A DNA stretch of 54,185 bases from contig JAHDVQ010000010.1 of NCBI GenBank assembly GCA_023384595.1, forward strand, positions 1 to 54,185. Direction: 5' to 3'. Below, one piece after another: positions 8,936-18,025 of this stretch. Within the stretch, counting starts at the first letter, position 1. Each line of letters begins with the position of its first letter. The position numbers and the translations under genes were made by a program. Source of the DNA: Vicinamibacteraceae bacterium. Lineage in GTDB: Bacteria > Acidobacteriota > Vicinamibacteria > Vicinamibacterales > JAFNAJ01. The notes beneath the pieces are model-generated. The model ran no database searches and was not told the origin of the DNA. It was given only the letters and a program-made list of their open reading frames with translations.

Positions 8936-8950
8936 GGAATAAGGAATAAG
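8930..8950. repeat. perfect tandem heptamer GAATAAG x3
   Basis: Copies at 8930-8936, 8937-8943 and 8944-8950. The first copy contains the cupin gene's last codon and its TAA stop. Confidence 0.9.
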
Positions 8951-9022
8951 GGGACACTCACCTTTTCCAGGTGTCGGTAGGCCGTCAGGCGCGGCGCCGG
9001 CGCGCTCGCGCAGGGAGGAAGC

Positions 9023-9394
9023 ATGAATCTCGGCGCATTCTCGATCAGTCTCGCGGTCAAGGACCTCGCCGCGTCGCGAGCGTTCTACGAGAGGTTCGGC
9101 TTCACCGTCTTCAGTGGCGATGCCTCGCAGAACTGGCTCATTCTGAAGAACGGTGAGACCGTCATCGGCCTTTTCCAGGGGATGTTCGACAAGAACATCC
9201 TCACGTTCAACCCGGGATGGGACCAGAGCGCGAACGCGCTGCCGGGCTTCACCGACGTCCGCGAGCTCCAGCGGCAGTTGAAGGCGCAGGGCGTCGAGTT
9301 CGTAAGCGAGGCTGACGAGAGCACGACCGGCCCCGCGAGCTTCGTCGCCGTCGACCCCGACGGCAACCCGATCCTGGTCGACCAGCACGTGTGA
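9023..9394 (+). CDS. VOC family (glyoxalase/bleomycin-resistance fold) protein
   Basis: [27 protein letters not shown]...[27 protein letters not shown] upstream. Confidence 0.85.
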   Translation: MNLGAFSISLAVKDLAASRAFYERFGFTVFSGDASQNWLILKNGETVIGLFQGMFDKNILTFNPGWDQSANALPGFTDVRELQRQLKAQGVEFVSEADESTTGPASFVAVDPDGNPILVDQHV

Positions 9395-9568
9395 CGGGGC
9401 CGCGACCGGCACGGCCGCCGCGACCTTTCGACCCACGCGCCGATCTTCCCCTCGGACCACCGCGGACGTCCCGGGCGAGGGGCCGTCCAGGCATCGGTGC
9501 ACACGACATGACGACGACGCGTCAGGGTTGCCACGTCCTCGCGTGCGTGGCACCCGAGGAGGCCTCAG

Positions 9569-10018
9569 ATGCAGAAGCTGCGGTTCACGACGACGATCGA
9601 CGCTCCGGCGGAAAAGGTCTGGAAGACGATGCTGGACGATGCGACCTATCGGCAGTGGACCGAACCGTTCACGGCCGGGTCGCACTTCGTTGGTGACTGG
9701 AGTGAGGGCAGCGAGATCTTGTTCCTCGGGCCGGGGCCGAACGGCGAGATGTCGGGCATGGTGAGCCGGATCAAGACGAGTCGGCCGCACGAGTACATCG
9801 CCATCGAGCACCTGGGTCTCGTACACGACGGGAGGAAGGATACGACGAGCGATGCCGTCAGCGCCTGGGCTGGGGCGCTCGAGACCTACACGTTCTGCGA
9901 GACGGTTGGCGGCACCGAGCTCGTGGTCGAGATGGACGCGAACGAGGAGTACGCCGGAATGTTCGAGGACAGCTGGCCGAAGGCGCTGGCCAAGCTCAAG
10001 GCGCTGTCGGAGCAGTGA
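9569..10018 (+). CDS. SRPBCC / AHSA1-like domain protein
   Basis: MQKLRFTTTIDAPAEKVWKTMLDDATYRQWT...SWPKALAKLKALSEQ. GAGGAGG RBS upstream. Confidence 0.85.
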   Translation: MQKLRFTTTIDAPAEKVWKTMLDDATYRQWTEPFTAGSHFVGDWSEGSEILFLGPGPNGEMSGMVSRIKTSRPHEYIAIEHLGLVHDGRKDTTSDAVSAWAGALETYTFCETVGGTELVVEMDANEEYAGMFEDSWPKALAKLKALSEQ

Positions 10019-10250
10019 GGGCGCCTGGACGTTCCTGGTCAACCCGTTGTCGCCTTCGGCATCGGTTGCGCGGCGTTGGCACGCGCCGTCGCCGTGCTCG
10101 CCAGGCGATCCTCTGTTCGGATCTCGGACCTCTCCGCGTTCTGGATTGAATCAAGCGCTTTCGGCCGCGCGCACCGGGCCACGCATTGAACCCCACGGCG
10201 TGCCGCGATACACTCGGCCGCTCGAAGTCCAGCTCAGGAGGGAGCACCTG

Positions 10251-10640
10251 GTGAGCGTCCGACGCACGTGGCTCTTCACGCTGGTGGCGGTGATGGGTAA
10301 CGGCGTTCCAGTCTGCACGCGCGGAGCCGCCGACGCTGAACGTGCTCAGCTACCGCACGGCCGAGTCACTCGCGCCGCTGCTCGCGGGGTTCACCGAGAC
10401 CACCGGCTTCGCTGTCGCGCTCGACGTGCGTTCGGCCGACGCGATTGTCGACGTCTTTCGCGCGCTGCGCCCGGACGGCGACCCCGATCTCGTCATTTCG
10501 GTCGACGCGTTGCGCTTCGACGCGATGGCTGCGCTCGGGGCGTTCCGGCCACTGCCTGCGGACGTGCTCGCCCGCGTCCCCGTGTCGATGCGCGATCCTG
10601 AGGGGCAGTGGGTCGGCCTCAGTGCCGCTGAGGTTGCTCG
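10251..10640 (+). pseudogene. decayed N-terminal remnant of an ABC-transporter (iron-type) periplasmic substrate-binding protein
   Basis: AGGAGGGA RBS and GTG at 10251 give the signal peptide VSVRRTWLFTLVAVMG.... The SBP-like sequence (LNVLSYRTAESLAPLLAGFTETTGFAV...DLVISVDALRFDAM..DPEGQWVGLS) continues in another frame (the 10342 ORF). It loses similarity after about 100 aa. Confidence 0.4.
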
Positions 10641-10759
10641 ATCCGCCCGTTCGGGGAAGAATGCCGGGTACCCCATCAACGAGCTCACGGCGGGGCGACC
10701 GGCGGTTACGCACGCCGCGTGGCGCCTCGCCTGCAGGCCCCACCCTCGAGGAGGCAGAC

Positions 10760-11242
10760 ATGTGCTGTCCACGACTCGACGCGCGACGCTCGGCGGCGGT
10801 TCTCTGGGCCCTGCTCATCGGCATCCCCGTACTGACCTTTGCCGAGGAGCCCAAATCGTCGCGGCCCCTCGTCTTCACGGCAGACGACCCGCGTCTCGAA
10901 TGGGGACCGTGCCCCGAGTTCCTGCCGGCTGAATGCCGGCTGACGGTGCTCCAGGGCAACCCGGCGGCCCAGAACGCCGACGTCTTCCTGAGACTCCCAC
11001 CTGGTTCGGCGATTCCCCATCACTGGCACACGTCGGCAGAACGTATGGTCCTCGTCTCCGGCGAACTGCACCTTACGTACGACGGACACGACAAGACGAT
11101 CCTCAGACCGGGTGCCTACGCGTACGGGCCCGCGAAGCTGCCACACCGCGGCTCGTGTGCAGCCGGCGACCCGTGCGTGCTGTTCATTGCGTTCGAGCAG
11201 CCGGTCGACGCGGTGCCGACGAAGGCCGCGCCGGGCCAGTAG
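10760..11242 (+). CDS. secreted cupin domain protein
   Basis: ATG at 10760 after GAGGAGG. Signal peptide MCCPRLDARRSAAVLWALLIGIPVLTFA. Cupin motifs IPHHWHTSAERMVLVSGEL and GPAKLPH. Confidence 0.75.
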   Translation: MCCPRLDARRSAAVLWALLIGIPVLTFAEEPKSSRPLVFTADDPRLEWGPCPEFLPAECRLTVLQGNPAAQNADVFLRLPPGSAIPHHWHTSAERMVLVSGELHLTYDGHDKTILRPGAYAYGPAKLPHRGSCAAGDPCVLFIAFEQPVDAVPTKAAPGQ

Positions 11243-11252
11243 ACGCACCGAC

Positions 11253-12737
11253 ATGGCGGACACGGTCGCACGGCAGCTCGCGGCGACGCGCGCGTTCCTG
11301 CACGAGTTCCTGCGCACGGATCCGTTCCTGCGCTACGGGGCACACGGCGTCGGAATCGGGCCCAAACTCACCCGCGGGCGCGCCATGAGGCCGGTCGCGC
11401 TCCGCGTCTACGTCTCGTGCAAGCTCGACGGCGCCTCGCTGCCGGCCGAGCGTCGCGTGCCGCCCCGGTTCCGCTGGTCGCCGCCTGGATCCGGCGACAC
11501 ACACACCATCGTCACCGACGTCGTCGAATCGCCGCCGGCCCGCGCGCAGGCGGTCGACCCGGAGAGCCGCATCCGTCCGGTGCCCGGCGGGGTCAGCGGC
11601 TCGGCCATGGGCAGCGGCACGCTCGGCGGCTGGGTCTGGGACGCGCTCGACGATTTCATCGTCATCCTCAGCAACGCGCACGTCTTCGGCTACGCGCCAG
11701 GCGAACCGATCCTGCAGCCCGCGAAGACCGACGGGGGACAACTCGCCACCGACCGCATCGGAGAGGTCAAGCGCAGCGTGGCCGTGACACCCGTGGAAGG
11801 GCCGTCGCCCTGGCCGCTCGACCAGTGCAACTTCGTCGACGCGTCGATCGGGACGGTGAGCTCGAGCGACCTCTACAATCTCACGGTGCTCGAGATCGGT
11901 CCGGCCGTCTACGCGACCGCGGTCGCGGCACTGGGCATGCCCATCGAGAAGTCGGGGCAGACGACCGGGCACGTGCAGGGCGTCGTCGACGACGTGGCCT
12001 ATGCGATGGCGATCCAGACGCCGCTAGCGCCCGGGAACTGGCAGACGGTAGCGTACTGCGATCTGATCCGGTACGTGCCGGCGCAGTCTGGCACCGCCGT
12101 GTCCCTCGACGGCGACTCGGGTGCGCTCGTCTTCACGCCCGATCCGGGATCGGTGATCAACCCCGCGGTGGGCCTCCACTTCGCCGGGGCCGTCAACGGC
12201 AGTTACGGCGTGGCGTGCAAGATTCAGAACGTCTTCGCGGCGCTCGACGTCGATGTTCTTTGCGCCGGCGGTTTCGTGGCCTTCCTCGACGCGCTCGCCG
12301 ACGAGGGCCGCGACGCGGGGGCGGCGTTCGCGTCGACGCTGTTCGAGCCGAGAGCACGGCGATCGTCCTGGCGGACACTGCGCCTGCCTGCCGGGCTCGC
12401 CCGCGACGTCCAGCAGCGGCTGCGCGCGAGCGAGGTCGGGCGGGAGATCGTGGCCTTCGTCGATCGACATCGCGCCGAGCTGCTGTGGACGCTAGTTGCG
12501 AACGGCGACGCGCGCCGGGCGGCGGTGGCGGCGCTGCGCCCGATCCTCCGCGGCGCCACGACGACAAACGGCGTCTTCGGCTACGTCCTTCGAGCCGACG
12601 ACCACGATCGCGTCGGGCGGGCGTTCGACGCTGCCTCGAAGTCGGCGTCGAAGGCGCTCGCCGCCGACATCCGCCGTCTGCGGCGGAAGCTCGATGGCCG
12701 AATCGACGACACGGTCGGAGCGATCATCGAGGGGTAG
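11253..12737 (+). CDS. cytoplasmic trypsin/chymotrypsin-fold (S1-like) serine protease with C-terminal helical domain
   Basis: ATG at 11253. Triad candidates are LSNAHVF (His143, nt 11679-11681), FVDASIG (Asp) and LDGDSGALVF (Ser289, nt 12117-12119). No signal peptide. About 170 aa of helical C-terminal region. Confidence 0.85.
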   Translation: MADTVARQLAATRAFLHEFLRTDPFLRYGAHGVGIGPKLTRGRAMRPVALRVYVSCKLDGASLPAERRVPPRFRWSPPGSGDTHTIVTDVVESPPARAQAVDPESRIRPVPGGVSGSAMGSGTLGGWVWDALDDFIVILSNAHVFGYAPGEPILQPAKTDGGQLATDRIGEVKRSVAVTPVEGPSPWPLDQCNFVDASIGTVSSSDLYNLTVLEIGPAVYATAVAALGMPIEKSGQTTGHVQGVVDDVAYAMAIQTPLAPGNWQTVAYCDLIRYVPAQSGTAVSLDGDSGALVFTPDPGSVINPAVGLHFAGAVNGSYGVACKIQNVFAALDVDVLCAGGFVAFLDALADEGRDAGAAFASTLFEPRARRSSWRTLRLPAGLARDVQQRLRASEVGREIVAFVDRHRAELLWTLVANGDARRAAVAALRPILRGATTTNGVFGYVLRADDHDRVGRAFDAASKSASKALAADIRRLRRKLDGRIDDTVGAIIEG

Positions 12738-12769
12738 AGGCGACGGCGTCGCGAGGGATCGGTACGACG

Positions 12770-15571
12770 TCAGTGGCGACGCCCCCATCGGCGCAGCCAG
12801 CCCCTCACGCGACTCACCAAGCCAGCCGGCTGGCGCAGTGCGACGATCTCCGCTCGGATGGCTTGCGCGGTTGAGTCGAGCACTTCGGGATCCCGCTGCA
12901 TCAGCCAGAGCAGATCGCGCTCGAAGGTCGTTCGCGCCGCGGCGGCGTCGTTCATCTGGACCGCCAGGATGAACAGGTTCCAGGCGGACGCCAACGTCCG
13001 GGAATGCGTCTCGCCCAGTACCCGCCGGGTGGCGTCGAGCACCTGCTCCATGAGCGCGCGCGACGCGGCGAAGTCGCCTTGCGCGCGCAGCGTGCTCGCG
13101 AGGTTGTTCATCGCCCAGAGCGTGTCCGGGTGCGAGTCGCCCAGCCGTTGCCGGCAGCCTGCGACGACCCGCTCCTCGAGCGCCCGCGCTCCGGCGAGCT
13201 CTCCCTGGGCTTCGAGTGTCGTCGCGAGGTTGCCGAGTGCCCGCAGCGTGTCTGGATGCCCGTCGCCCCACATCGAGGTGTACGCTTCGACGACCTGCTC
13301 CAGCAGGGCGCGTGCGGCGGGCGTCTCCCCCTGGGCGTGAAGGGCGAGCCCAAGGTTCTGCGTGGCGATGAGCGACACGCGATCGCGCTCGCCGCGCGTC
13401 CGCACGCTGATCTCGCGCACTCGCTCCAGGAGGCGGCGCGCGCCGGCGACGTCGCCGATCGCCTGCAACGTCTCCGCGAGGTTGTTCCTCACGGTCAGCT
13501 CGACCTCGCGCCATTCGTCCGGCACCTGCCCGAGGTGGCCGACGACGCGTTCGAGCAGCGTCCGCGCGCCGGGCAGGTCGCCCGCGGCCCGCATGGTGAG
13601 CGCGAGGTTGTTCAGCGCGGTGAGCGTATGGGGATGCGTCTCGCCCAGTACGCGGCGGCTCGTCTCGACGAGGGAATCGAGCAGCCGGCGTGCGCCGGGC
13701 AGGTCGCCCATGTGGCGCCGCATCTCGGCGAGGTTGTTCATCGCCGTCAGCGTGTCCGGGTGCGTGCCGCCCTGAAGGCGCTGCCGCAGCTCGTACTGCT
13801 GCCGGCAGATCGCTTCGGCCGACGCGTACGCCCCCACGACGAAGTCGAACGTCGCCACCCAGTCGCGCAGTGCGAGACCAGAGAGGTCGTCGCTCGTCCT
13901 GGCGAGCTCACGGGCGTGGGCCACCAGCAGGTCGAGGTGCTGGTGCGAATCCTCTGCACGCCTCGGTAACGTCATCGTCAGGACCGCGACCGCTGCCGCC
14001 CGCAACGACTCGCGGCGCCGCGGTTCCGCGTCGTGGAACTGCACGGTGCGGGTCACCAGGGTGTGGACGGCCGCGACGCCAGGTCCGGCATCGGCCGGCT
14101 CGGTCAGCGACAGCAGATCGGCCTGGTGCAAGGCCCGCATCGCGCGCGACCGCGCGTCTCGGACAGGAAGCCCGTCTGCGGCCTCGAAGACCCGCTCGAC
14201 GAGCGCCGCGGGAATGGGCGCGACCGCGAGCCCGGCTGCGAGGCGCAGGAAGTCGCGGCCCTCTGGGCCGAGACGGGTCAGGCTCTGCAGCAGCGTCGCG
14301 GCCACGGCCGGTTCGTGACCGTTCGGCAGCACACCCGCGAGGTCCCGGGCGAGCTCGAGTGCGTCACGCGTCGGGTCGTTGAGCTCCGCCAGGACGTCGG
14401 CATACGACTGCAGCCGGAGCAGGGCCGCCGCGACATCCACCGCCAGCGCATGGCCACCCAGGCGCTCGACGATGGCCCGTGCGGCCAGCTCTTCGTCTTC
14501 GCCGATTGGTGCCCGCCGGCCCGGCGCGTGGGTCAGCAGCTCGTAGGCTGCATCCGGATCCAGCACACCGAGCGCCACGACCACCCCAAGGGCGCCGTAC
14601 TCGCGACTGCGCGTCGTGACGAGCGTTCTGCCGAGCGGATGCGGCGCCAGCCACCCGACCAGCGAGTCGTGCCCGAGCCCGGAGGGCACGTCGTCGACGA
14701 CCCAGAGGAAGGGCTGTCCCCGCTCGCCGAGTTCCCTCGCCAGGTGGCTCTCCACGTCGCCGAGCGGTCGTCCGTCGACGGGCAGACCGAGCGCCTCAGC
14801 CACTGCACGGAGTTGCCGGCCGCGCTCGGCCTCGCGCTCCTCCCGCCCCAGGCCAACCCGGGTCTCGTCGTTGCCGAACGCGCGCAGCCAGAAGACGCCG
14901 CCGGGATGCGCGGCCGCGAAGCGGACGGCGTACTCCTCGGCGAGCAGCGATTTGCCGACGCCACCCATGCCCTGGACGAGCGCGAGGGCGGATCCCGCGG
15001 CGCCCGTGATCACCGGCGCGTCGCGCGCGTGCAGCGCGGAGTGGAGCCGCCAGAGGTCGGCGAGGCGACCGACGAAGCGAGTCGATCCGGTGGACCGGCT
15101 GCCGTACCACTGAGGTTGCTCGAGGGGCTCGACGTCCCCGAGGGTGCCGGCAAGCGCTTTGACGTGAGCCTCGACATCCGCCGCAAGGTGGTCGAGGGCC
15201 GGCTGGTTGCCGGCGCCGGGGATGGCGACGAAGAGCGCATCGCGCAGCTCCACCGGCTGGATGTGCAACGCTTCCGGTTCCGGGTTGACGACGAGGATCC
15301 GCCGGCGGGGGTCGGCGTCGCGGGCCGCCGCGAGATACGCCGCGGCGAGTTCCCACTGGCAGGCGCGGGAGCTTGCGTACTCCGCGGCGTAGTACGCGAC
15401 GAGCACCTTCGATCGCGCCAGCCCCTCCGCGATCGAGCGGGTGATGCTGGCAAAGGTGGGGATGTCGCTCTCGTCCACCCAGACGTCGAGGCTTCGTGCC
15501 CGCAGGGCCGCCGCGATTGACGCCGCTTCCGGCGCGCGGGCGTGCGGGTAGCTGAGGAAGACGTCGTACAT
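12770..15571 (-). CDS. TIR - NB-ARC (STAND NTPase) - TPR protein, NLR/Avs-like
   Basis: TIR: MYDVFLSYPH... and SRACQWELAAA (Glu74, nt 15350-15352). Walker A GMGGVGKS (nt 14948-14971), Walker B FLWVVDDV, sensor TLVTTRS. About seven 42-aa TPR repeats (HPDTLxAMNNLAxTLRAxGDLxGAR). Confidence 0.92.
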   Translation of the reverse strand: MYDVFLSYPHARAPEAASIAAALRARSLDVWVDESDIPTFASITRSIAEGLARSKVLVAYYAAEYASSRACQWELAAAYLAAARDADPRRRILVVNPEPEALHIQPVELRDALFVAIPGAGNQPALDHLAADVEAHVKALAGTLGDVEPLEQPQWYGSRSTGSTRFVGRLADLWRLHSALHARDAPVITGAAGSALALVQGMGGVGKSLLAEEYAVRFAAAHPGGVFWLRAFGNDETRVGLGREEREAERGRQLRAVAEALGLPVDGRPLGDVESHLARELGERGQPFLWVVDDVPSGLGHDSLVGWLAPHPLGRTLVTTRSREYGALGVVVALGVLDPDAAYELLTHAPGRRAPIGEDEELAARAIVERLGGHALAVDVAAALLRLQSYADVLAELNDPTRDALELARDLAGVLPNGHEPAVAATLLQSLTRLGPEGRDFLRLAAGLAVAPIPAALVERVFEAADGLPVRDARSRAMRALHQADLLSLTEPADAGPGVAAVHTLVTRTVQFHDAEPRRRESLRAAAVAVLTMTLPRRAEDSHQHLDLLVAHARELARTSDDLSGLALRDWVATFDFVVGAYASAEAICRQQYELRQRLQGGTHPDTLTAMNNLAEMRRHMGDLPGARRLLDSLVETSRRVLGETHPHTLTALNNLALTMRAAGDLPGARTLLERVVGHLGQVPDEWREVELTVRNNLAETLQAIGDVAGARRLLERVREISVRTRGERDRVSLIATQNLGLALHAQGETPAARALLEQVVEAYTSMWGDGHPDTLRALGNLATTLEAQGELAGARALEERVVAGCRQRLGDSHPDTLWAMNNLASTLRAQGDFAASRALMEQVLDATRRVLGETHSRTLASAWNLFILAVQMNDAAAARTTFERDLLWLMQRDPEVLDSTAQAIRAEIVALRQPAGLVSRVRGWLRRWGRRH

Positions 15572-15805
15572 CGGCCCACCTGCCGACTGACACGTGGCTC
15601 GTCCCGGGCCAGATCGGTTCCCGACCAGCGTGGCGACCGTGGGTGTGCTTCCCAGTGTCGCACGACGAGGCGGCTCGCGCGGTGGTCAACGGCTCGTGCC
15701 TGGAGACGGCGGCAGAGGCCAGGCTGGCGCGCGGCGCCACCTTACCCGCGCGAGTCGGTGTATCGTGAAGGTCCGTCAGGCCCGTCCCCCCACCGGAGAG
15801 ACCCG

Positions 15806-17896
15806 ATGACCCGACGCTGCTTCTCGTTCATCATCGTCGCCCTGCTGCTTCTCGTCGCCGTCTCGGCCGCGGCCGAGACGCGTGTCATCGCGCCTGCCGA
15901 TCTCTGGGCCCTCAAGCGTCTCGGCAGCCCAAGGCTCTCACCCGACGCGGCGAAGGTGGTCTACACCGAACAGGAGTGGTCGGTCGAGCGAAACAGCAGC
16001 ACCACGAACCTGTGGCTGGCCGATGTCGCGACCGGCGCGCTGCGCCGCCTGACGCGGGCGCAGGCGAGCGACAGCTCGCCGGCGTGGAGCCCCGATGGCA
16101 CGCGCATCGCATTCGTGTCGCGGCGAGGCGGAGACGAGGCGGCGTCGCTCTACGTCATCGCGGTCGACGGCGGCGAGGCCGAGAAGATTCTCGAGCTGCC
16201 GTACGGCGTGTCGTCGCCGCAGTGGATGCCCGATGGCCGCCGTCTCGTCGTGGCGACGACGGTGATTCCAGAGCTCGCGGGGAAGATGACGACGGCCGAC
16301 CTCGAGGCGGTGAAGCGCGAGCAGAAGCGGCGGCGCGAGTCGAAGCTCACCGCGCGCGCCACCGAGCACCGCCAGTACCGCTTCTTCGACCGCTACCTCA
16401 CCGACAACCTCGCCAGCCGCCTCGTGCTCGTCGACGTCGCCGCGAAGACGTTCGTCGACCTCACGCCGGCGGTCGACCGATTGTTCGACACGAGCGGCGA
16501 GGTGAGCTACGCGCTCTCGCCCGACGGCGCGACCATCGCGCTCACCTTCAACTCGACGCCGCCGCCCTACCGCGACTTCCTGAACGCCGACATCTACCTC
16601 GTGCCCACCGATGGCTCGGGTGCGCTGCGCAACGTCACCGCCGAGAACCCGGGCGCCGACGCCGGACCCGTGTGGGCGCCCGACGGCCGCAGCGTCTACT
16701 TTCGCCGGCAGGAGACGCCCTACTACTCGGGCGAGTTCGCGAAGCTCTGGAGACACGATCTCGCCACCGGGAAGAACGTGCCAGTGACCGAGGCGCTCGA
16801 CTACGGCATTGGCGACGTCGCGGTCTCCGACGATGGGAAGACCCTGTGGATCACGGCGGAGGAGAAGGGCGTGGTACCCGTGTTCAAGGCGAACGCCGAC
16901 GGCAGCGGCTTCGCTGCGGTGCACCGGGCCGGCACGTCGACGAGCCTCGACGTGCGGGGCGGTGTCGTGGCCTTCCTCAACGACACCACGTCGCGTCCCA
17001 ACGAGATCTTCGTGCTCGACGCCGGGACCGGCGCCGTGCGCCAGCTGACGCGCGTGAACGAAGCGTTCATGGCGGGCCTGCGTCTCGGCGAGATGAAGGA
17101 GTACTGGTTCAAGGGCGCCGGCGGCGCCGACGTGCACGGCTGGCTCGTACTGCCGCCCGGGTTCGACCCGAACGCGCGGTATCCCCTGGTGCAGCTCCTG
17201 CACGGCGGCCCGCACACGATGAACCGCGACTCGTGGAGCTACCGCTGGAACACGCAGGTGTTCGCCGCGGCGGGCTGGGTCGTGACGTGGGTCAACCGGC
17301 ACGGGTCGACCGGCTTCAGCGAGGCGTTCTCGCGGAGCATCCTCAACGAGTGGGGCGTGAAGCCGTTCGACGACGTGATGAAGTCCACCGACTACCTGCT
17401 CGGGCAGTATCCGAACCTGGATGCCGACCGGCTCGCGGCGGCCGGTGCGAGCTACGGCGGCTACATGGCCACGTGGATCCTCGGACATACCGACCGGTTC
17501 AAGGCCATCGTGAACCACGCGGGGGTGAACAACAGCTACTCGCAGTACGCCACCGACATCCCGCACGGGTTCACGCAGGTGATGGGCGGGACGCCGTGGG
17601 AGGACGTCGAGGGGCTGCAGCGGAACAACCCCATGTTCTACGCGGCGAACTTCAAGACGCCGATGCTGGTGATTCACGGCGAGAAGGACTACCGGGTCCC
17701 GTATGGCAACGGGCTCGAGCTGTATGGCGTGCTGCAGGGGATGGGCGTGCCGTCGCGGCTGGTGGTGTTTCCCGACGAGAACCACTGGGTGCTGACGCCG
17801 CAGAACGCGATCTACTGGCACTGGGAGATGCAGAGCTGGCTGGCGCGATACATCGGCGGGACGCCGACGCTCGAGCGGCCGGTGTTCGGAGGGTAG
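15806..17896 (+). CDS. S9 family (prolyl oligopeptidase/acylaminoacyl-peptidase type) secreted serine peptidase
   Basis: ATG at 15806. Signal peptide MTRRCFSFIIVALLLLVAVSAAA. Beta-propeller region (SPAWSPDGTRIAF). Nucleophile GASYGGYM, then HGEKDYRVP and ENHW. Confidence 0.9.
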   Translation: MTRRCFSFIIVALLLLVAVSAAAETRVIAPADLWALKRLGSPRLSPDAAKVVYTEQEWSVERNSSTTNLWLADVATGALRRLTRAQASDSSPAWSPDGTRIAFVSRRGGDEAASLYVIAVDGGEAEKILELPYGVSSPQWMPDGRRLVVATTVIPELAGKMTTADLEAVKREQKRRRESKLTARATEHRQYRFFDRYLTDNLASRLVLVDVAAKTFVDLTPAVDRLFDTSGEVSYALSPDGATIALTFNSTPPPYRDFLNADIYLVPTDGSGALRNVTAENPGADAGPVWAPDGRSVYFRRQETPYYSGEFAKLWRHDLATGKNVPVTEALDYGIGDVAVSDDGKTLWITAEEKGVVPVFKANADGSGFAAVHRAGTSTSLDVRGGVVAFLNDTTSRPNEIFVLDAGTGAVRQLTRVNEAFMAGLRLGEMKEYWFKGAGGADVHGWLVLPPGFDPNARYPLVQLLHGGPHTMNRDSWSYRWNTQVFAAAGWVVTWVNRHGSTGFSEAFSRSILNEWGVKPFDDVMKSTDYLLGQYPNLDADRLAAAGASYGGYMATWILGHTDRFKAIVNHAGVNNSYSQYATDIPHGFTQVMGGTPWEDVEGLQRNNPMFYAANFKTPMLVIHGEKDYRVPYGNGLELYGVLQGMGVPSRLVVFPDENHWVLTPQNAIYWHWEMQSWLARYIGGTPTLERPVFGG

Positions 17897-17920
17897 ACGG
17901 TGACTGGCTGGCATCGAAAG

Positions 17921-17948
17921 GACGCACCGAAAAGCTGACGCACCGAAA
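17921..17948. repeat. direct repeat GACGCACCGAAA x2 (16-nt period)
   Basis: Copies at 17921-17932 and 17937-17948, in the spacer after the S9 peptidase stop. Confidence 0.85.
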
Positions 17949-17990
17949 GGCGTGACACGGCCAACGTCAGGGTGTAGGCTGACTCCCGTT

Positions 17991-18008
17991 CCCGTCGTCC
18001 CCGTCGTC
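17991..18008. repeat. tandem 9-mer CCCGTCGTC x2
   Basis: Copies at 17991-17999 and 18000-18008, preceded by CCCGTT and 18 nt upstream of the 18026 ATG. Confidence 0.85.
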
Positions 18009-18025
18009 CCACGTGCGAGGCCAGT

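Noticed and set aside
8531-10042. 503-aa minus-strand ORF spanning three plus-strand genes
   Set aside because: It crosses the cupin, VOC and SRPBCC genes and their spacers. Those three each have RBSs and family motifs, and the long ORF has none.
13004-15520. Plus-strand ORFs 13004..13969 and 14033..15520
   Set aside because: They are antisense shadows of the TIR-NB-ARC-TPR gene. Walker A/B, TIR and TPR motifs are present only on the minus strand.
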